Shown here one piece after another: positions 1-8,088 of a stretch of 48,341 nt of DNA (positions are counted from its first letter, which is position 1; each line of letters opens with the position of its first letter). The position numbers and the translations under genes were made by a program. The stretch comes from a virus. Under the pieces are notes generated by a model, which was not told the origin of the DNA, made no database searches, and saw only the letters and a program-made list of their open reading frames with translations. Location of the stretch: the IMG/VR virus record IMGVR_UViG_3300045988_161023, one strand, 5' to 3'.

Positions 1-98
1 GCCACGCCGCATCGGGGTACTGCGCGGAAAGGCTCATCAAGGTCGAAAGGATGAAATCAATCACGGTCGCTTCCATCAGTACTTGCCTCCATGCTGGT
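1..98. repeat. Terminal direct repeat identical to 48244..48341, consistent with a circular-genome assembly overlap or terminal redundancy
   Basis: The first 98 nt of the window are repeated exactly at the last 98 nt. The endolysin stop (76-78) therefore abuts the holin-like start (48318) across the junction. Confidence 0.9.
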
Positions 99-462
99 AA
101 AAGGCCACGTCGCGCGGCTTGTCGGGGTCGTTGTCCACATGGATCCACGTCGGAGCCAGCTCGACGCGCCGGAACCCGGCCTCAAGCAGGGCTTGCAGCA
201 TGGCGAAACGGGAATGGGAATCCACGCAGCGGATATCCACGGCGTAGCCGCGAGTGTGCGCTGAGGTGGGCACACCGCCGACCGCCCTGTTGTGTTTGGG
301 GCAGCGGTAGGCGGAAGAAAGGGGGAACGGGATGCCCGCCAGATCACGGGCCTCGTCGAGCATCTGGAGCAGATCGGCGTCCATCTTCTCCATGCCCGCG
401 CCGCACCCGCACTTGCAGCGGAATTCGACCGGGGAGAAGTGGCGCAAGGGAAGAACAGCCAT
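76..462 (-). CDS. Endolysin, peptidase M15A (L-Ala-D-Glu / D-Ala-D-Ala metallopeptidase) family
   Basis: Translation MAVLPLRHFSPVEFRCKCGCG...SSAYRCPKHNRAVGGVPTSAHTRGYAVDI carries the Zn-binding H..D..H signature of the Peptidase_M15_3 family. Start chosen at the ATG at 462, preceded by GGAGGA; the track ORF extends further to a TTG at 570. Confidence 0.8.
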   Translation of the reverse strand: MAVLPLRHFSPVEFRCKCGCGAGMEKMDADLLQMLDEARDLAGIPFPLSSAYRCPKHNRAVGGVPTSAHTRGYAVDIRCVDSHSRFAMLQALLEAGFRRVELAPTWIHVDNDPDKPRDVAFYQHGGKY

Positions 463-511
463 AAAAAATATCCTCCTGCGTCCACTCTCGCACAAGAGAA
501 TAGGGGGAGGA

Positions 512-528
512 CACCGTGAACAAGATTC
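512..528 (-). promoter_or_regulatory. Late-promoter dyad motif copy 1 (CACCGTGAACAAGATTC), upstream of the lysis operon
   Basis: One of four near-identical copies of CACCGTGAACAAGGTTCG (others at 31650, 32526 and 44113). Each copy lies roughly 40-65 nt upstream of a minus-strand start codon. Confidence 0.5.
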
Positions 529-920
529 TACAACAGCCGATATTGCTGCTGTGGTTCCGGGTTCCCGCAAAGCTGCTTTTTGAGCCGACGGACGTACCTG
601 GTGGTCACGCCAAGGGCTTCGGCGATGGCGTCCGGCTTCTCCCCTGCTTCCAGACGGGACAGGATACGTCCTTTGAACGGTTCACCACGGCGCAGGTTGG
701 GCACGACGATCTGCATCCCCCCAAATTCTGTACAGAGGGCCGCCATACGCTGCCGACCAAGCAACTCCAGAAGAAAACCTGTGGGCTTCCGGGGGATAAA
801 GTATGAACGTCCACCGCACTGTGCGCAGAGGATGACCGCCCCCACGTCACCGATGGCCTCTGACAGTTCGAACTGGCTCACCCACACGTCACTCATGAGC
901 ACCAACCTTGTGTTCCCCAA
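528..920 (-). CDS. mor: Mor/C-family late transcription activator (Mu Mor-like)
   Basis: CAQCGGRSYFIPRKP matches the Mu Mor CKHLGGGQVYIPRG motif. A C-terminal HTH (AIAEALGVTTRYVRRLKKQL) matches the Mor TRYGVTFNTVYKAIRRM region. Length is 130 aa against 129 aa for Mor. Confidence 0.8.
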   Translation of the reverse strand: MGNTRLVLMSDVWVSQFELSEAIGDVGAVILCAQCGGRSYFIPRKPTGFLLELLGRQRMAALCTEFGGMQIVVPNLRRGEPFKGRILSRLEAGEKPDAIAEALGVTTRYVRRLKKQLCGNPEPQQQYRLL

Positions 921-1173
921 GCCATAGCCGCAGTGCGGTCACAGCTACATCGAGGGCTTCGTCGCGGATACGTTCCGGAGTTTCGTGCTCAACGGCGTGT
1001 ACAAGCTCACGGTACTCCCCCCCGATAACACCAAGCGCGTGGTATTTGCCCTCAGCAAAAACAGGGTGCTTCACACGTGCTTCCGACAGCCGCTGCATGA
1101 GCGCCGCAAGAGCCTTTTCACCAAGTATCGTGATGTCGATGTTATGCACTGATAGCCTCCCTGTGCGCGTCAA
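889..1173 (-). CDS. Hypothetical protein
   Basis: 94-aa ORF in the minus-strand early/middle operon. No family recognised. Confidence 0.35.
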   Translation of the reverse strand: MTRTGRLSVHNIDITILGEKALAALMQRLSEARVKHPVFAEGKYHALGVIGGEYRELVHAVEHETPERIRDEALDVAVTALRLWLGEHKVGAHE

Positions 1174-1336
1174 GCTCGTCGGTATAAGCGCATACGCCGT
1201 ACCCGAGATGAGTTGCCCTATCGCAATCGTGGACGGGGTAGGCGTAGCGGATCATGAGGAGGCGGCTAACTCCGGTGTAGGCTATGATAGCCTTCCAGCC
1301 GCACAACAGCCTGTGTTCATTCTTAGCCATGCTCAA
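1142..1336 (-). CDS. Small HTH DNA-binding protein (excisionase/MerR-like fold)
   Basis: LLCGWKAIIAYTGVSRLLMIRYAYP resembles the AlpA/excisionase-type HTH. Reading the overlap with RusA, the start codon coincides with the upstream stop. Confidence 0.4.
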   Translation of the reverse strand: MSMAKNEHRLLCGWKAIIAYTGVSRLLMIRYAYPVHDCDRATHLGYGVCAYTDELDAHREAISA

Positions 1337-1707
1337 ACCTCCATCGGCAGGATCTCGACAACAGCCTTTCCACCCTTCACCACTTCTCCGCGTGTGATGT
1401 AAATCGAATCGACTTGCTCATCGTCCAGCCACACCCCGGCGTGGGTAAGGGAATCAAGAAGGGCTTTCAGATACCCGTCAATATCTCTCTTACGGCGATC
1501 TGGCGGGCAAACAACCACATTGACTTTGACGCGAGAATCGATTTTTAGAGCCTTCTTTTCATCACCCACAATCTGCATCACGTTTTTTCTAAAATCGCGT
1601 CCACGGGCAGATATGAGCGTTCTTGGGGTGCCCTTGATGGTAATGTGCCTCCAGTAGTGGTTGACGAGCGGCGGGATAGGTAGCTCAAGGCGTACGGTTT
1701 CCATCAT
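1333..1707 (-). CDS. rusA: RusA-type Holliday junction resolvase
   Basis: PPLVNHYW...RKRDIDGYLKALLDSL...AGVWLDDEQV matches the conserved blocks of the RusA family. Confidence 0.85.
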   Translation of the reverse strand: MMETVRLELPIPPLVNHYWRHITIKGTPRTLISARGRDFRKNVMQIVGDEKKALKIDSRVKVNVVVCPPDRRKRDIDGYLKALLDSLTHAGVWLDDEQVDSIYITRGEVVKGGKAVVEILPMEV

Positions 1708-1943
1708 GCATCCCCCAACTTTTCGAGAATTTCCTTTGCTTTTTTGAGCATTATTTTCGCTTTTCTGCGTGCTATACGTTCAAATTTTATTTTCGCTTCT
1801 TTGAGAGTCATGGGAGGAAATATTAATTTTTTTGAACTTGCGGGAAATGCCCAGAATTCTTTTCCATCTTCACCAATCAAAGCACCAAAGGGGCATACAT
1901 GTATAACGCCTACGCTTTCCCATTTAAATTTAGGCTCTGCCAT
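1704..1943 (-). CDS. Hypothetical small basic protein
   Basis: ATG at 1943 preceded by GGGAGGAAGGAA. Start trimmed from the track ORF 1704..2078, whose N-terminus overlaps the next gene. Confidence 0.45.
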   Translation of the reverse strand: MAEPKFKWESVGVIHVCPFGALIGEDGKEFWAFPASSKKLIFPPMTLKEAKIKFERIARRKAKIMLKKAKEILEKLGDA

Positions 1944-2199
1944 TTCCTTCCTCCCTGTCTCTTCTCTCGCATTCTTCGCGGAATGCTTCCGGGGCGTATT
2001 CCATGCCCCAATGATTCTCAGTAACCCACCGGGCAAAAGCGAAAGCGTCGTCCTGAGCTTTGCCTGTAGCGTCGTCAATCATGGCTTCGATGGGCGGTTT
2101 CGGCTTCATGTATGCCCGGCCTGTTTCGGCATTGAACGCGGCTACTGTTTCGGGCTGTTCCTCGCACCACATGATGAAGTCCGCCCATGCAGCCGCCAT
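1930..2199 (-). CDS. Hypothetical protein
   Basis: Internal ATG (MAAAWADF...) chosen to avoid overlap with the upstream gene ending at 2220. No clear RBS, so the start is uncertain. Confidence 0.3.
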   Translation of the reverse strand: MAAAWADFIMWCEEQPETVAAFNAETGRAYMKPKPPIEAMIDDATGKAQDDAFAFARWVTENHWGMEYAPEAFREECERRDREEGNGRA

Positions 2200-2219
2200 T
2201 ATCGGGTTTTGTGCTGTAC

Positions 2220-2645
2220 TCACTGCTCCACCCCCAACGCCCGGAGATTGGCAAGCTGTTCGTTCAAGGGCATATCCGGCCTTCCCTGCTTCCGGGCGTC
2301 CATCTTCCCCCGCAGGTTGGCGAGAATCTTCGCGCACCAGTCGGCGCCCTCTTCGCAACGCTCGTCGAACGTCAACGCGGTTTCCGGCAAGGCCTCACGG
2401 CTCACGGTTGGTATCTGCTTTCGTGCCTCTTCCACCTGCCGCATAATGTCTGCCGGGACTGGGAAAAAGCTTGATTTAGCCTCAACACGGCGCATAGCGC
2501 CCCGAAACTCATTATCACCCACGTTAGCCAATACTTCATTCCAAGTCTTGACCAACAGCTCGAACTCTTCCCGTTCCGGCATCGGTTGCCGATAAAGCAC
2601 AAACGCCTTGCTCAGTTCCAAAGCCAACAGTTGCAAGCTCGCCAT
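2220..2645 (-). CDS. Hypothetical protein, possibly replication-associated (downstream of the initiator)
   Basis: 141-aa ORF immediately after the replication initiator, overlapping its 3' end. The true start may be the internal Met at 2582. Confidence 0.45.
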   Translation of the reverse strand: MASLQLLALELSKAFVLYRQPMPEREEFELLVKTWNEVLANVGDNEFRGAMRRVEAKSSFFPVPADIMRQVEEARKQIPTVSREALPETALTFDERCEEGADWCAKILANLRGKMDARKQGRPDMPLNEQLANLRALGVEQ

Positions 2646-3582
2646 TTTTCATCACCTCATCGAATTTCAAAATTTGTTTTGCCCATTCGCCGCGTTTTGC
2701 GGTTTCCGCCTGTCTCGCCGTCATAGGGGCTTGTGTTCGCCCGCTAGGAGCGGCTTGCTTTTTGGCTTTGCGCTCCTCAACGGCATCGAAAACCCACTTG
2801 CGGAGAGCCAGATAGTGCGACTTGTACGGGTCTTTCCCTGCTCTGGCCCCGAGATGGATGTCCAAGAAGGCGATGGCATCGGCGGTCTTATCTTCCCCGT
2901 AGGCTGCTATGAGCTTTCCGTGTTCTTCTGCCGTGAGCTTGACGTTGGCATATTCCCCGAACGTGAGCTTTTGTGGCTTCGGCTTCTGTGAGCGAGTGCG
3001 TGTGTGCGTCTGCACACTCTCTTCTAGGTTCTCTGATCGGTTCTTGATCGGTTCTTGGTAGATTCGGGTACCAGTTTTGGTAGGGGTGGGGTACCTAAAC
3101 TGGTAGGGGTGGGGTACCGAAACTGGTAGGGGTGGGGTACCTAAATCGGTACCGGTACCAGTTTTGGTAGGGGTACCTAAATCGGTAGGGGTGTCTAAAA
3201 AATTATCGTTAAAATCTTGATGGTTATCTATACCCCTACCAAAACTGGTAGGGGTAGCATTTTCAGAAAAAGGCTTTTTTGAGGCTGTTTTCCTATAATC
3301 TGTGAGAATTGTTTGATTTTCTCTTCCTTCAACGCCAACCAAAGTGTACTCATAGCCGCGCCCACGCACTTCTCTACGTGAGACGATTCCGGCTTGCGCG
3401 AGGTCGATAAGACACGTTCTGATGGTCTTCACATCAAGCCCGGTATCAAATGCCAGCCGTTGAAGAGAAGGCCAGCACACATGATTCTCCCCTGCTCTGT
3501 CGGCAAGAGACAGGAGCACCAGCTTTTGAGTGGGTCGAATCCCTTGGAGGCTCCAAGCCCAACGAGTTGCATCAATGCTCAT
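2536..3582 (-). CDS. Replication initiator protein (lambda O-like) with an N-terminal HTH_36-type winged helix
   Basis: N-terminus IDATRWAWSLQGIRPTQKLVLLSLADRAGENHVCWPSLQRLAFDTGLDVKTIRTCLIDLAQAGIV is typical of phage and plasmid replication initiators. The gene contains the iteron array in its central part. Confidence 0.7.
   Translation of the reverse strand: MSIDATRWAWSLQGIRPTQKLVLLSLADRAGENHVCWPSLQRLAFDTGLDVKTIRTCLIDLAQAGIVSRREVRGRGYEYTLVGVEGRENQTILTDYRKTASKKPFSENATPTSFGRGIDNHQDFNDNFLDTPTDLGTPTKTGTGTDLGTPPLPVSVPHPYQFRYPTPTKTGTRIYQEPIKNRSENLEESVQTHTRTRSQKPKPQKLTFGEYANVKLTAEEHGKLIAAYGEDKTADAIAFLDIHLGARAGKDPYKSHYLALRKWVFDAVEERKAKKQAAPSGRTQAPMTARQAETAKRGEWAKQILKFDEVMKNGELATVGFGTEQGVCALSATDAGTGRVRAVGQDLE
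3035..3265. repeat. Origin-like iteron array plus AT-rich tract inside the initiator gene
   Basis: GATCGGTTCTTG occurs twice. There are about 5 direct copies of a ~23-bp unit GGTACC(T/G)AAA(C/T)(T/C)GGTAGGGGTGG. An AT-rich stretch taaaaaattatcgttaaaatcttgatggttatctata follows, then an inverted copy CCCCTACCAAAACTGGTAGGGG. Confidence 0.7.
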
Positions 3583-3687
3583 GTCTATCTCCCTTGACTT
3601 CTTTGTCCATTTCGTACATATTTTCTTTGCACATGCTAGAGTTTCTGTGTTTGGCCCGGTGTTCCCGCATCGGGCCTTTTCTTTTGC

Positions 3688-3942
3688 CTATGCCGATTCC
3701 TGAAACCGCTTTTCTCTGGCCTTTTCCAGATTACCCCGCATTCTCTCGCGTTGCTCTTCTGTCATCACACGGGGTTTCCGGTTCGGATTTTTCCCGTGGC
3801 GGTACGCATACAGCGGGCAGTCTTTGATCTGGCATCTATCGGCCTCGCTTCTATTCCCACCCGAGCACTCAATGCATTTGGCGCGAATTGCCTTAACGGG
3901 CGTAAGCGTTTTCTGTTCTTCCATTTTCCTCTCTCCCTTCAA
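3688..3942 (-). CDS. Small Cys-rich (CxxC...CxxxxC) protein
   Basis: KCIECSGGNRSEADRCQIKDC motif. Start uncertain; it could be the internal MEEQK. Confidence 0.35.
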   Translation of the reverse strand: MKGERKMEEQKTLTPVKAIRAKCIECSGGNRSEADRCQIKDCPLYAYRHGKNPNRKPRVMTEEQRERMRGNLEKAREKRFQESA

Positions 3943-4120
3943 GTTTCACTTCAACCCTGTTCCGGCACTTCTGGCATCGCTTCTTGTCGAGCCACCACCA
4001 GTTAGCTTTTGGGCATGGCCTCAAGTGCGGAAATGCGCTGATAGCCTCCAGCAATGCCTCTTTCGTCTCGTACCCTGCGGCTTGCGGAGTGGGGAGGCGG
4101 TGACGGCAATGGAACGACAT
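3893..4120 (-). CDS. Small Cys-rich protein
   Basis: ATG at 4120 is one nt after the upstream stop (TGAtATG). C-terminal motif CPKANWWWLDKKRCQKCRNR. Trimmed from the track ORF 3893..4435. Confidence 0.3.
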   Translation of the reverse strand: MSFHCRHRLPTPQAAGYETKEALLEAISAFPHLRPCPKANWWWLDKKRCQKCRNRVEVKLEGREENGRTENAYAR

Positions 4121-4121
4121 A

Positions 4122-4613
4122 TCAAAACCCCAGAACCGGATCTGCGGCCCTTCCCGGCATACTCCCCCGGACGCTATGCAGTCCGTCGAAGTACAGCTTC
4201 TTCCCTTGGTAAGGATCAGGCATACAGAATTGTCCATACCAAGGTGCAGGAGTAAAATCCCCTTTGTATCGGGCCGCATCATACCGCTTCTTGTATTCTG
4301 CCCTGCATGATTGCTTTTCACATACCAATTGGTTGTGACTACGCGGGATAAATTCTTCCTCACATATGGCACAAGGCCTTGTCTCCCCAGACTCTTTTGC
4401 CTTCTCTCTGAACCGACGCACCCGCTCGGCACCATCCCGGATCTTCTTTTCTTTTAGGCAGCTTTCCGAGCAACAGATCTGGTTGTGTTCTGCCGGAATA
4501 AACATCGTGTGACAGATCACGCACTCTCGCTCTCCATAGACGCGATCAATCTCGCAGACATGATCCGCCTTTTCCCCTTTGAACCACCTTCCGCAAAGCT
4601 GGCATTTTTGCAT
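4122..4613 (-). CDS. Zinc-ribbon repeat protein
   Basis: Repeated C(V/A)IC..FIP..HNQ..C...C units plus CQLCG..F.......HVC, suggesting several Zn ribbons. No named family. Confidence 0.5.
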   Translation of the reverse strand: MQKCQLCGRWFKGEKADHVCEIDRVYGERECVICHTMFIPAEHNQICCSESCLKEKKIRDGAERVRRFREKAKESGETRPCAICEEEFIPRSHNQLVCEKQSCRAEYKKRYDAARYKGDFTPAPWYGQFCMPDPYQGKKLYFDGLHSVRGSMPGRAADPVLGF

Positions 4614-4615
4614 GT

Positions 4616-5059
4616 TTACTGCCTCGCTTGATTGTAATCTCGCCTATACCGAGTGTTCGTCTGGTCTATCTCGTCCTTCCATTCTTCCGCAGCCTTGGAG
4701 ACGATGGACGGATGCGCTTTTTCCTGCATGAGCATGACCATCTTCCCGCAGCATATGGTATCGTCCACGGATTCTCCTTCCCACGTCGGCTTGTCTGGCT
4801 CTGCCCATTCCTTGGGCTTCACGACATAGCCGAGCTTGTCCGCCAGCCATTCCAAGGGCGCGATTGAGCCACAGGAGGCCATAATGCCGAGTAGTGCGTC
4901 CGCTCCGAGCTTCGCGCCGTCGTCAGCCGGGTTCAGCTCACGCTTGAGAGTCGGATACGGCTTGCCGATCTCGGCGGCGATAGCTTTGATCGGCTTTTCG
5001 CCTTCATCGATCATGGCCTCAATGACTTCGGTCAACGTGTTATAATCTTGGGTATTCAT
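4616..5059 (-). CDS. Phage regulatory protein CII-like (CP76 / 186 CII family)
   Basis: LKRELNPADDGAKLGADALLGIMASCGSIAPLEWLADKLGYVV matches the CP76-family pattern (KL.P....KLGaD.Ll.Im...gd..pL.wLa..LGYv). It sits directly after the cro-like gene, as cII does in lambdoids. Confidence 0.6.
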   Translation of the reverse strand: MNTQDYNTLTEVIEAMIDEGEKPIKAIAAEIGKPYPTLKRELNPADDGAKLGADALLGIMASCGSIAPLEWLADKLGYVVKPKEWAEPDKPTWEGESVDDTICCGKMVMLMQEKAHPSIVSKAAEEWKDEIDQTNTRYRRDYNQARQ

Positions 5060-5305
5060 CGATCATTTTCCTTGGTGTATCCCCATGCTCTAATGGGGGC
5101 ATGGAAACCGTTCACCTACTCATCACCCGGCGCGGCCCCGTGTGGCGCGTCCGCATCCTGTCCGGCGGCACCATCCGCTGGAAGTGCTACCGCGTCGCGG
5201 AGTACCCGACGCCGGAGGCCGTGGTCCGGCGGTGCATGACGGGGCTAGCGTTCCGGAGCAAAAATCAGGAGCACGACAACAGCCACGCCGAGCGCAAGCA
5301 GGATG

Positions 5306-5551
5306 TCACACAGCATGACTCACCTCTTCGGGTTCGGTGGGAGTGCTGGGAGCGGCTGGAGGCCATAGGTCGGGCCTGAGAGATGAGAGGGGGATACCCA
5401 AAAAACGATTATAACGAATGGCAGCTTCAGGGCTTATAACGCGATGTTTCTTGAAATGCCTCCACACCGTCACATAAGGAAGCCCTGAGCGTGCGGCCGC
5501 GTCAGTGATTGTGAAGCCGTAAAAACTAGGGTGGGAAAGTTCGTTCTTCAT
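5306..5551 (-). CDS. Cro-like HTH regulator
   Basis: 81-aa HTH protein (FTITDAAARSGLPYVTVWRHFKKHRVISPEAAIRYNRFLGIP) transcribed divergently from the CI-like repressor. Confidence 0.6.
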   Translation of the reverse strand: MKNELSHPSFYGFTITDAAARSGLPYVTVWRHFKKHRVISPEAAIRYNRFLGIPLSSLRPDLWPPAAPSTPTEPEEVSHAV

Positions 5552-5641
5552 GAGAACTAAATACCAGTAGGTAAAATTATAGTCAACATAATTTACCTAT
5601 TGGTGGTAGCAATTCTTTTTTCCAGCTGGTAAAAAATTTTT
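5552..5641. promoter_or_regulatory. OR-like operator and divergent promoter region between cro-like and cI-like genes
   Basis: 90-bp AT-rich spacer with three related dyad sites, TACCAGTAGGTAA, TTTACCTATTGGTGGTA and TCCAGCTGGTAA. The outer two are inverted repeats of one another. Confidence 0.5.
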
Positions 5642-6376
5642 ATGGATATTTACGCTGAATTTTTGGCCTTACTGGATAAGGCCATCGAAAAATGTGGAAA
5701 CGCCAAAAAACTAGCTGAGGCTCTTGACGTTCACCCGAATCTTATCACTCGCTGGAAAAAAGGTGAGCGTGTACCTACTATTACATCAATACAACCTCTT
5801 TTAGATTTTCTTGGTGTAGGGTTTTCCGATCCAACCGTTACCCAAAGTAAAGAGGTCTGCTTTGTTGACGCGCGTATAGCCCCGGCTGGGGACACGCTCC
5901 CCCCTCCCCCGGATGAAGACTACCTCGCCGTTCCCCTTGTGGAAGAAGTTGGCGCGGGGCCCGGCATCATTCCGCAAAATGAACTCATCTCGTGGTTCCT
6001 CGTCTGGCGTCACCAGCGGGCCATTCAACACAAGCGCGATCTGATCGCCGTCATGCTCGGAAAGCATTCAACTTCGATGGTTCCCACGCTCAAGCCGCAG
6101 GATATTGTGCTGGTGGATAGGCAGGATAAGGATGTGATGAACTTTAAGGGAAGAATCATGCTTGTCCTCGATCCCGCCGACGGCAGCGGAAAGATCAAGC
6201 GCGTGGCAGCGGAAAACCAGCCGAAAAAGCGCGACTATCGCATCACCTACTATTCGGACAACGCCGCCGAGAATCCCCCCGAGGTCTACAGCTTAATGGA
6301 AGACTTCGAGGGGGACTGGAACAAGTCCATCGTCGGTCGGGTTGTATGGGCGTGGAGTGACGTGAGCTGCAAATGA
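5642..6376 (+). CDS. CI-like repressor (XRE HTH plus S24 LexA-like autopeptidase domain)
   Basis: N-terminal HTH LAEALDVHPNLITRWKKGERVPT. C-terminal S24 motifs HSTSMVPTLKPQDIVLVD (Ser nucleophile) and GSGKIKRV (Lys). Confidence 0.85.
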   Translation: MDIYAEFLALLDKAIEKCGNAKKLAEALDVHPNLITRWKKGERVPTITSIQPLLDFLGVGFSDPTVTQSKEVCFVDARIAPAGDTLPPPPDEDYLAVPLVEEVGAGPGIIPQNELISWFLVWRHQRAIQHKRDLIAVMLGKHSTSMVPTLKPQDIVLVDRQDKDVMNFKGRIMLVLDPADGSGKIKRVAAENQPKKRDYRITYYSDNAAENPPEVYSLMEDFEGDWNKSIVGRVVWAWSDVSCK

Positions 6377-6410
6377 AAATCCCCGCCGGAGCGGGGAGGA
6401 GGGAGATGCA

Positions 6411-7292
6411 ATGGGTCCAGTTGATAAAGTTGCATATGAAGCTTTGAATAATTATTGTATTAAACTAGAAGAACATCTCCAGTCTGATGTTTTTTTGTTT
6501 TATGGTGGTATTCACCCTAACCACAGAACATTCTTTACCACTGAATTTGAAAAATTAGCTAGAAAGAAAAAACATAAATCTCTTGCTGTCAATTTAACAA
6601 CAAATGGCGGCAGTGTAGAAATGGCTGAGATAATGGTTGAGGTGATGCGTAGGTTCTATGATGAAGTATATTTCATTGTACATGAATATGCATACTCAGC
6701 GGGTACTATTCTTTGCATGTCTGGCGACAAAATATATATGAATTTTGCCTCATCATTAGGCCCTATAGATCCTCAAGTATTGTCTAATGGACAATGGGTT
6801 CCTGCACAAGGGTATTTAGATCAATTTGATGCAATATGTAAAAAATCATTAAATAAAGATTCTAATAACCCCATAAGTCCAGTAGAGTTACAAATGGCTT
6901 TAAATTTAAATCTTGCTGATTTAAATTTTTATCAACAAGCACGAAATATAACCGTAACGCTATTAAAAAAATGGCTCGTAAATTATAAATTTAAAGACTG
7001 GACAATTCATAGTAAAACAAATACCGAAGTCACACTTAAAGAAAAAGAGCATAGAGCTGAAGAAATAGCTAGAATATTAGGTGATAATGCTCACTGGCAT
7101 ATACATGGAAGACATATAGGAATAAAAACTCTTCAAGACGATCTAAAGCTAAAGATTGAAGATTATTCAGACGACCTTAAATTATATAGATTAGTAAAAG
7201 AATATAATAGACTTGCGATTGACTTTTCATCAAAATATAACTATCAATTATTTTTACATACTAGAGAAATGACTAATGGGAGTTTACTCTAA
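6411..7292 (+). CDS. S49/SDH-family Clp-fold serine protease (moron in the rexA position)
   Basis: TNGGSVEMAEIM...VHEYAYSAGTILCMSGDKIYM...GPIDPQV matches the SppA/ClpP-fold GG(S/T)V...SAG...DKI pattern. GC is strikingly low, about 30-35% by eye against roughly 60% in the flanks. Confidence 0.7.
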   Translation: MGPVDKVAYEALNNYCIKLEEHLQSDVFLFYGGIHPNHRTFFTTEFEKLARKKKHKSLAVNLTTNGGSVEMAEIMVEVMRRFYDEVYFIVHEYAYSAGTILCMSGDKIYMNFASSLGPIDPQVLSNGQWVPAQGYLDQFDAICKKSLNKDSNNPISPVELQMALNLNLADLNFYQQARNITVTLLKKWLVNYKFKDWTIHSKTNTEVTLKEKEHRAEEIARILGDNAHWHIHGRHIGIKTLQDDLKLKIEDYSDDLKLYRLVKEYNRLAIDFSSKYNYQLFLHTREMTNGSLL

Positions 7293-7492
7293 TGAAAATC
7301 GACAAAAAGCATTATAAAATGTCATTATTACTTAAAAATATAGAAAACAATCCAGCATTGAAACATCATCATGAAATGATGTTAATTTTAAAAAATATGG
7401 GCATCAAGACAAACCCTATTCAACAAGTTGATTTTACAAATAAAAATATCACCGAACTATCTAATATGAATATTAATCCATTAGTACCTTAA
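7292..7492 (+). CDS. Small hypothetical protein, translationally coupled to the protease (TAATG overlap)
   Basis: 66-aa ORF with the same low GC. No family recognised. Confidence 0.5.
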   Translation: MKIDKKHYKMSLLLKNIENNPALKHHHEMMLILKNMGIKTNPIQQVDFTNKNITELSNMNINPLVP

Positions 7493-7506
7493 CGGAGCCT
7501 CCCTTT

Positions 7507-7533
7507 GCCCCTCCTCGTGAGGGGCTTTTTTGT
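7507..7533 (+). terminator. Rho-independent terminator after the cI / protease / small-ORF operon
   Basis: GCCCCTCctcgtGAGGGGC followed by TTTTTTGT. Confidence 0.65.
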
Positions 7534-7589
7534 GCCCTATGGGACGTGACCGCCGATGCCTTCATGGTGTCGGCGGTATTTTTATATCT

Positions 7590-7645
7590 CATATTTTACC
7601 TATTGGGAATTTTATTCTTGACCTATTTTTTACCAGTTGGTATTG
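7590..7645. promoter_or_regulatory. OL-like operator / leftward-operon promoter region
   Basis: TTTTACCTATTGGG repeats an OR site (12 of 12 nt). TTTACCAGTTGGTAT is a TACCA-NN-TGGTA palindrome. The region precedes the long plus-strand early operon. Confidence 0.4.
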
Positions 7646-8088
7646 TAGCTTCACGACGAACGGAAAAGGCGAGTGGCGCGGCAACGGCCCGCTGAAAGCT
7701 GGAACCGGACGGAGGAAGCCCCAACAAGTACGAGCTCGGCAAGCGCAAGCCTTTGGGAGGGGAAGCACGCGACGGCAGGAAAAGGGGTGAGGTGAAGACA
7801 ATCAGAGCGAAGAAGCCCCCCATTGAGGCGTTGTACCCGGAACTCCCGGCAAGGCGTCCAAACAAGGGCTGAGCATACACGGTTACGACACAAAGATCGG
7901 GCCGTGAAACGTGATGAAATACGAATTTCTACATCCGGGCGGTCAGTTGACTTTCTGACAATTCACCGCCCCGCATGAGAGGCGCAGCGACAATGCGCGT
8001 TGCGCCGAACCATGCGTTGAGATGTGCCGCATGGGAGCGCGCCCCGGCGGGGATTGGCCCCGTCGGGTGCTTGCCTTGAATCATCGAA

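Noticed and set aside
1744-2595. 283-aa plus-strand ORF
   Set aside because: Low-complexity translation (Ser/Phe/Arg-rich), no RBS, and antisense to three minus-strand genes that have RBSs and recognisable products. Likely a GC-rich frame shadow.
3060-3260. Regular direct repeats that could be mistaken for a CRISPR array
   Set aside because: The repeats are contiguous with no unique spacers, lie inside a protein-coding gene and end in an AT-rich tract. These are iterons, not CRISPR. No cas genes were found anywhere.
5101-5379. 92-aa plus-strand ORF in the cro-cII spacer, and a 23-aa hydrophobic minus-strand ORF (MLCDILLALGVAVVVLLIFAPER, about 5316-5245)
   Set aside because: The plus ORF is antisense to the operon with a G-run flush against the ATG. 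The short hydrophobic peptide is intriguing and toxin-like but too short and unsupported by an RBS. The spacer more likely carries nutR/tR1-like signals.
7530-7900. Four mutually overlapping ORFs of 70-86 aa on both strands
   Set aside because: ORFs in every frame on both strands are the signature of GC-rich non-coding DNA. No RBS was found. Treated as an untranslated leader (see the finding at 7646-8161).
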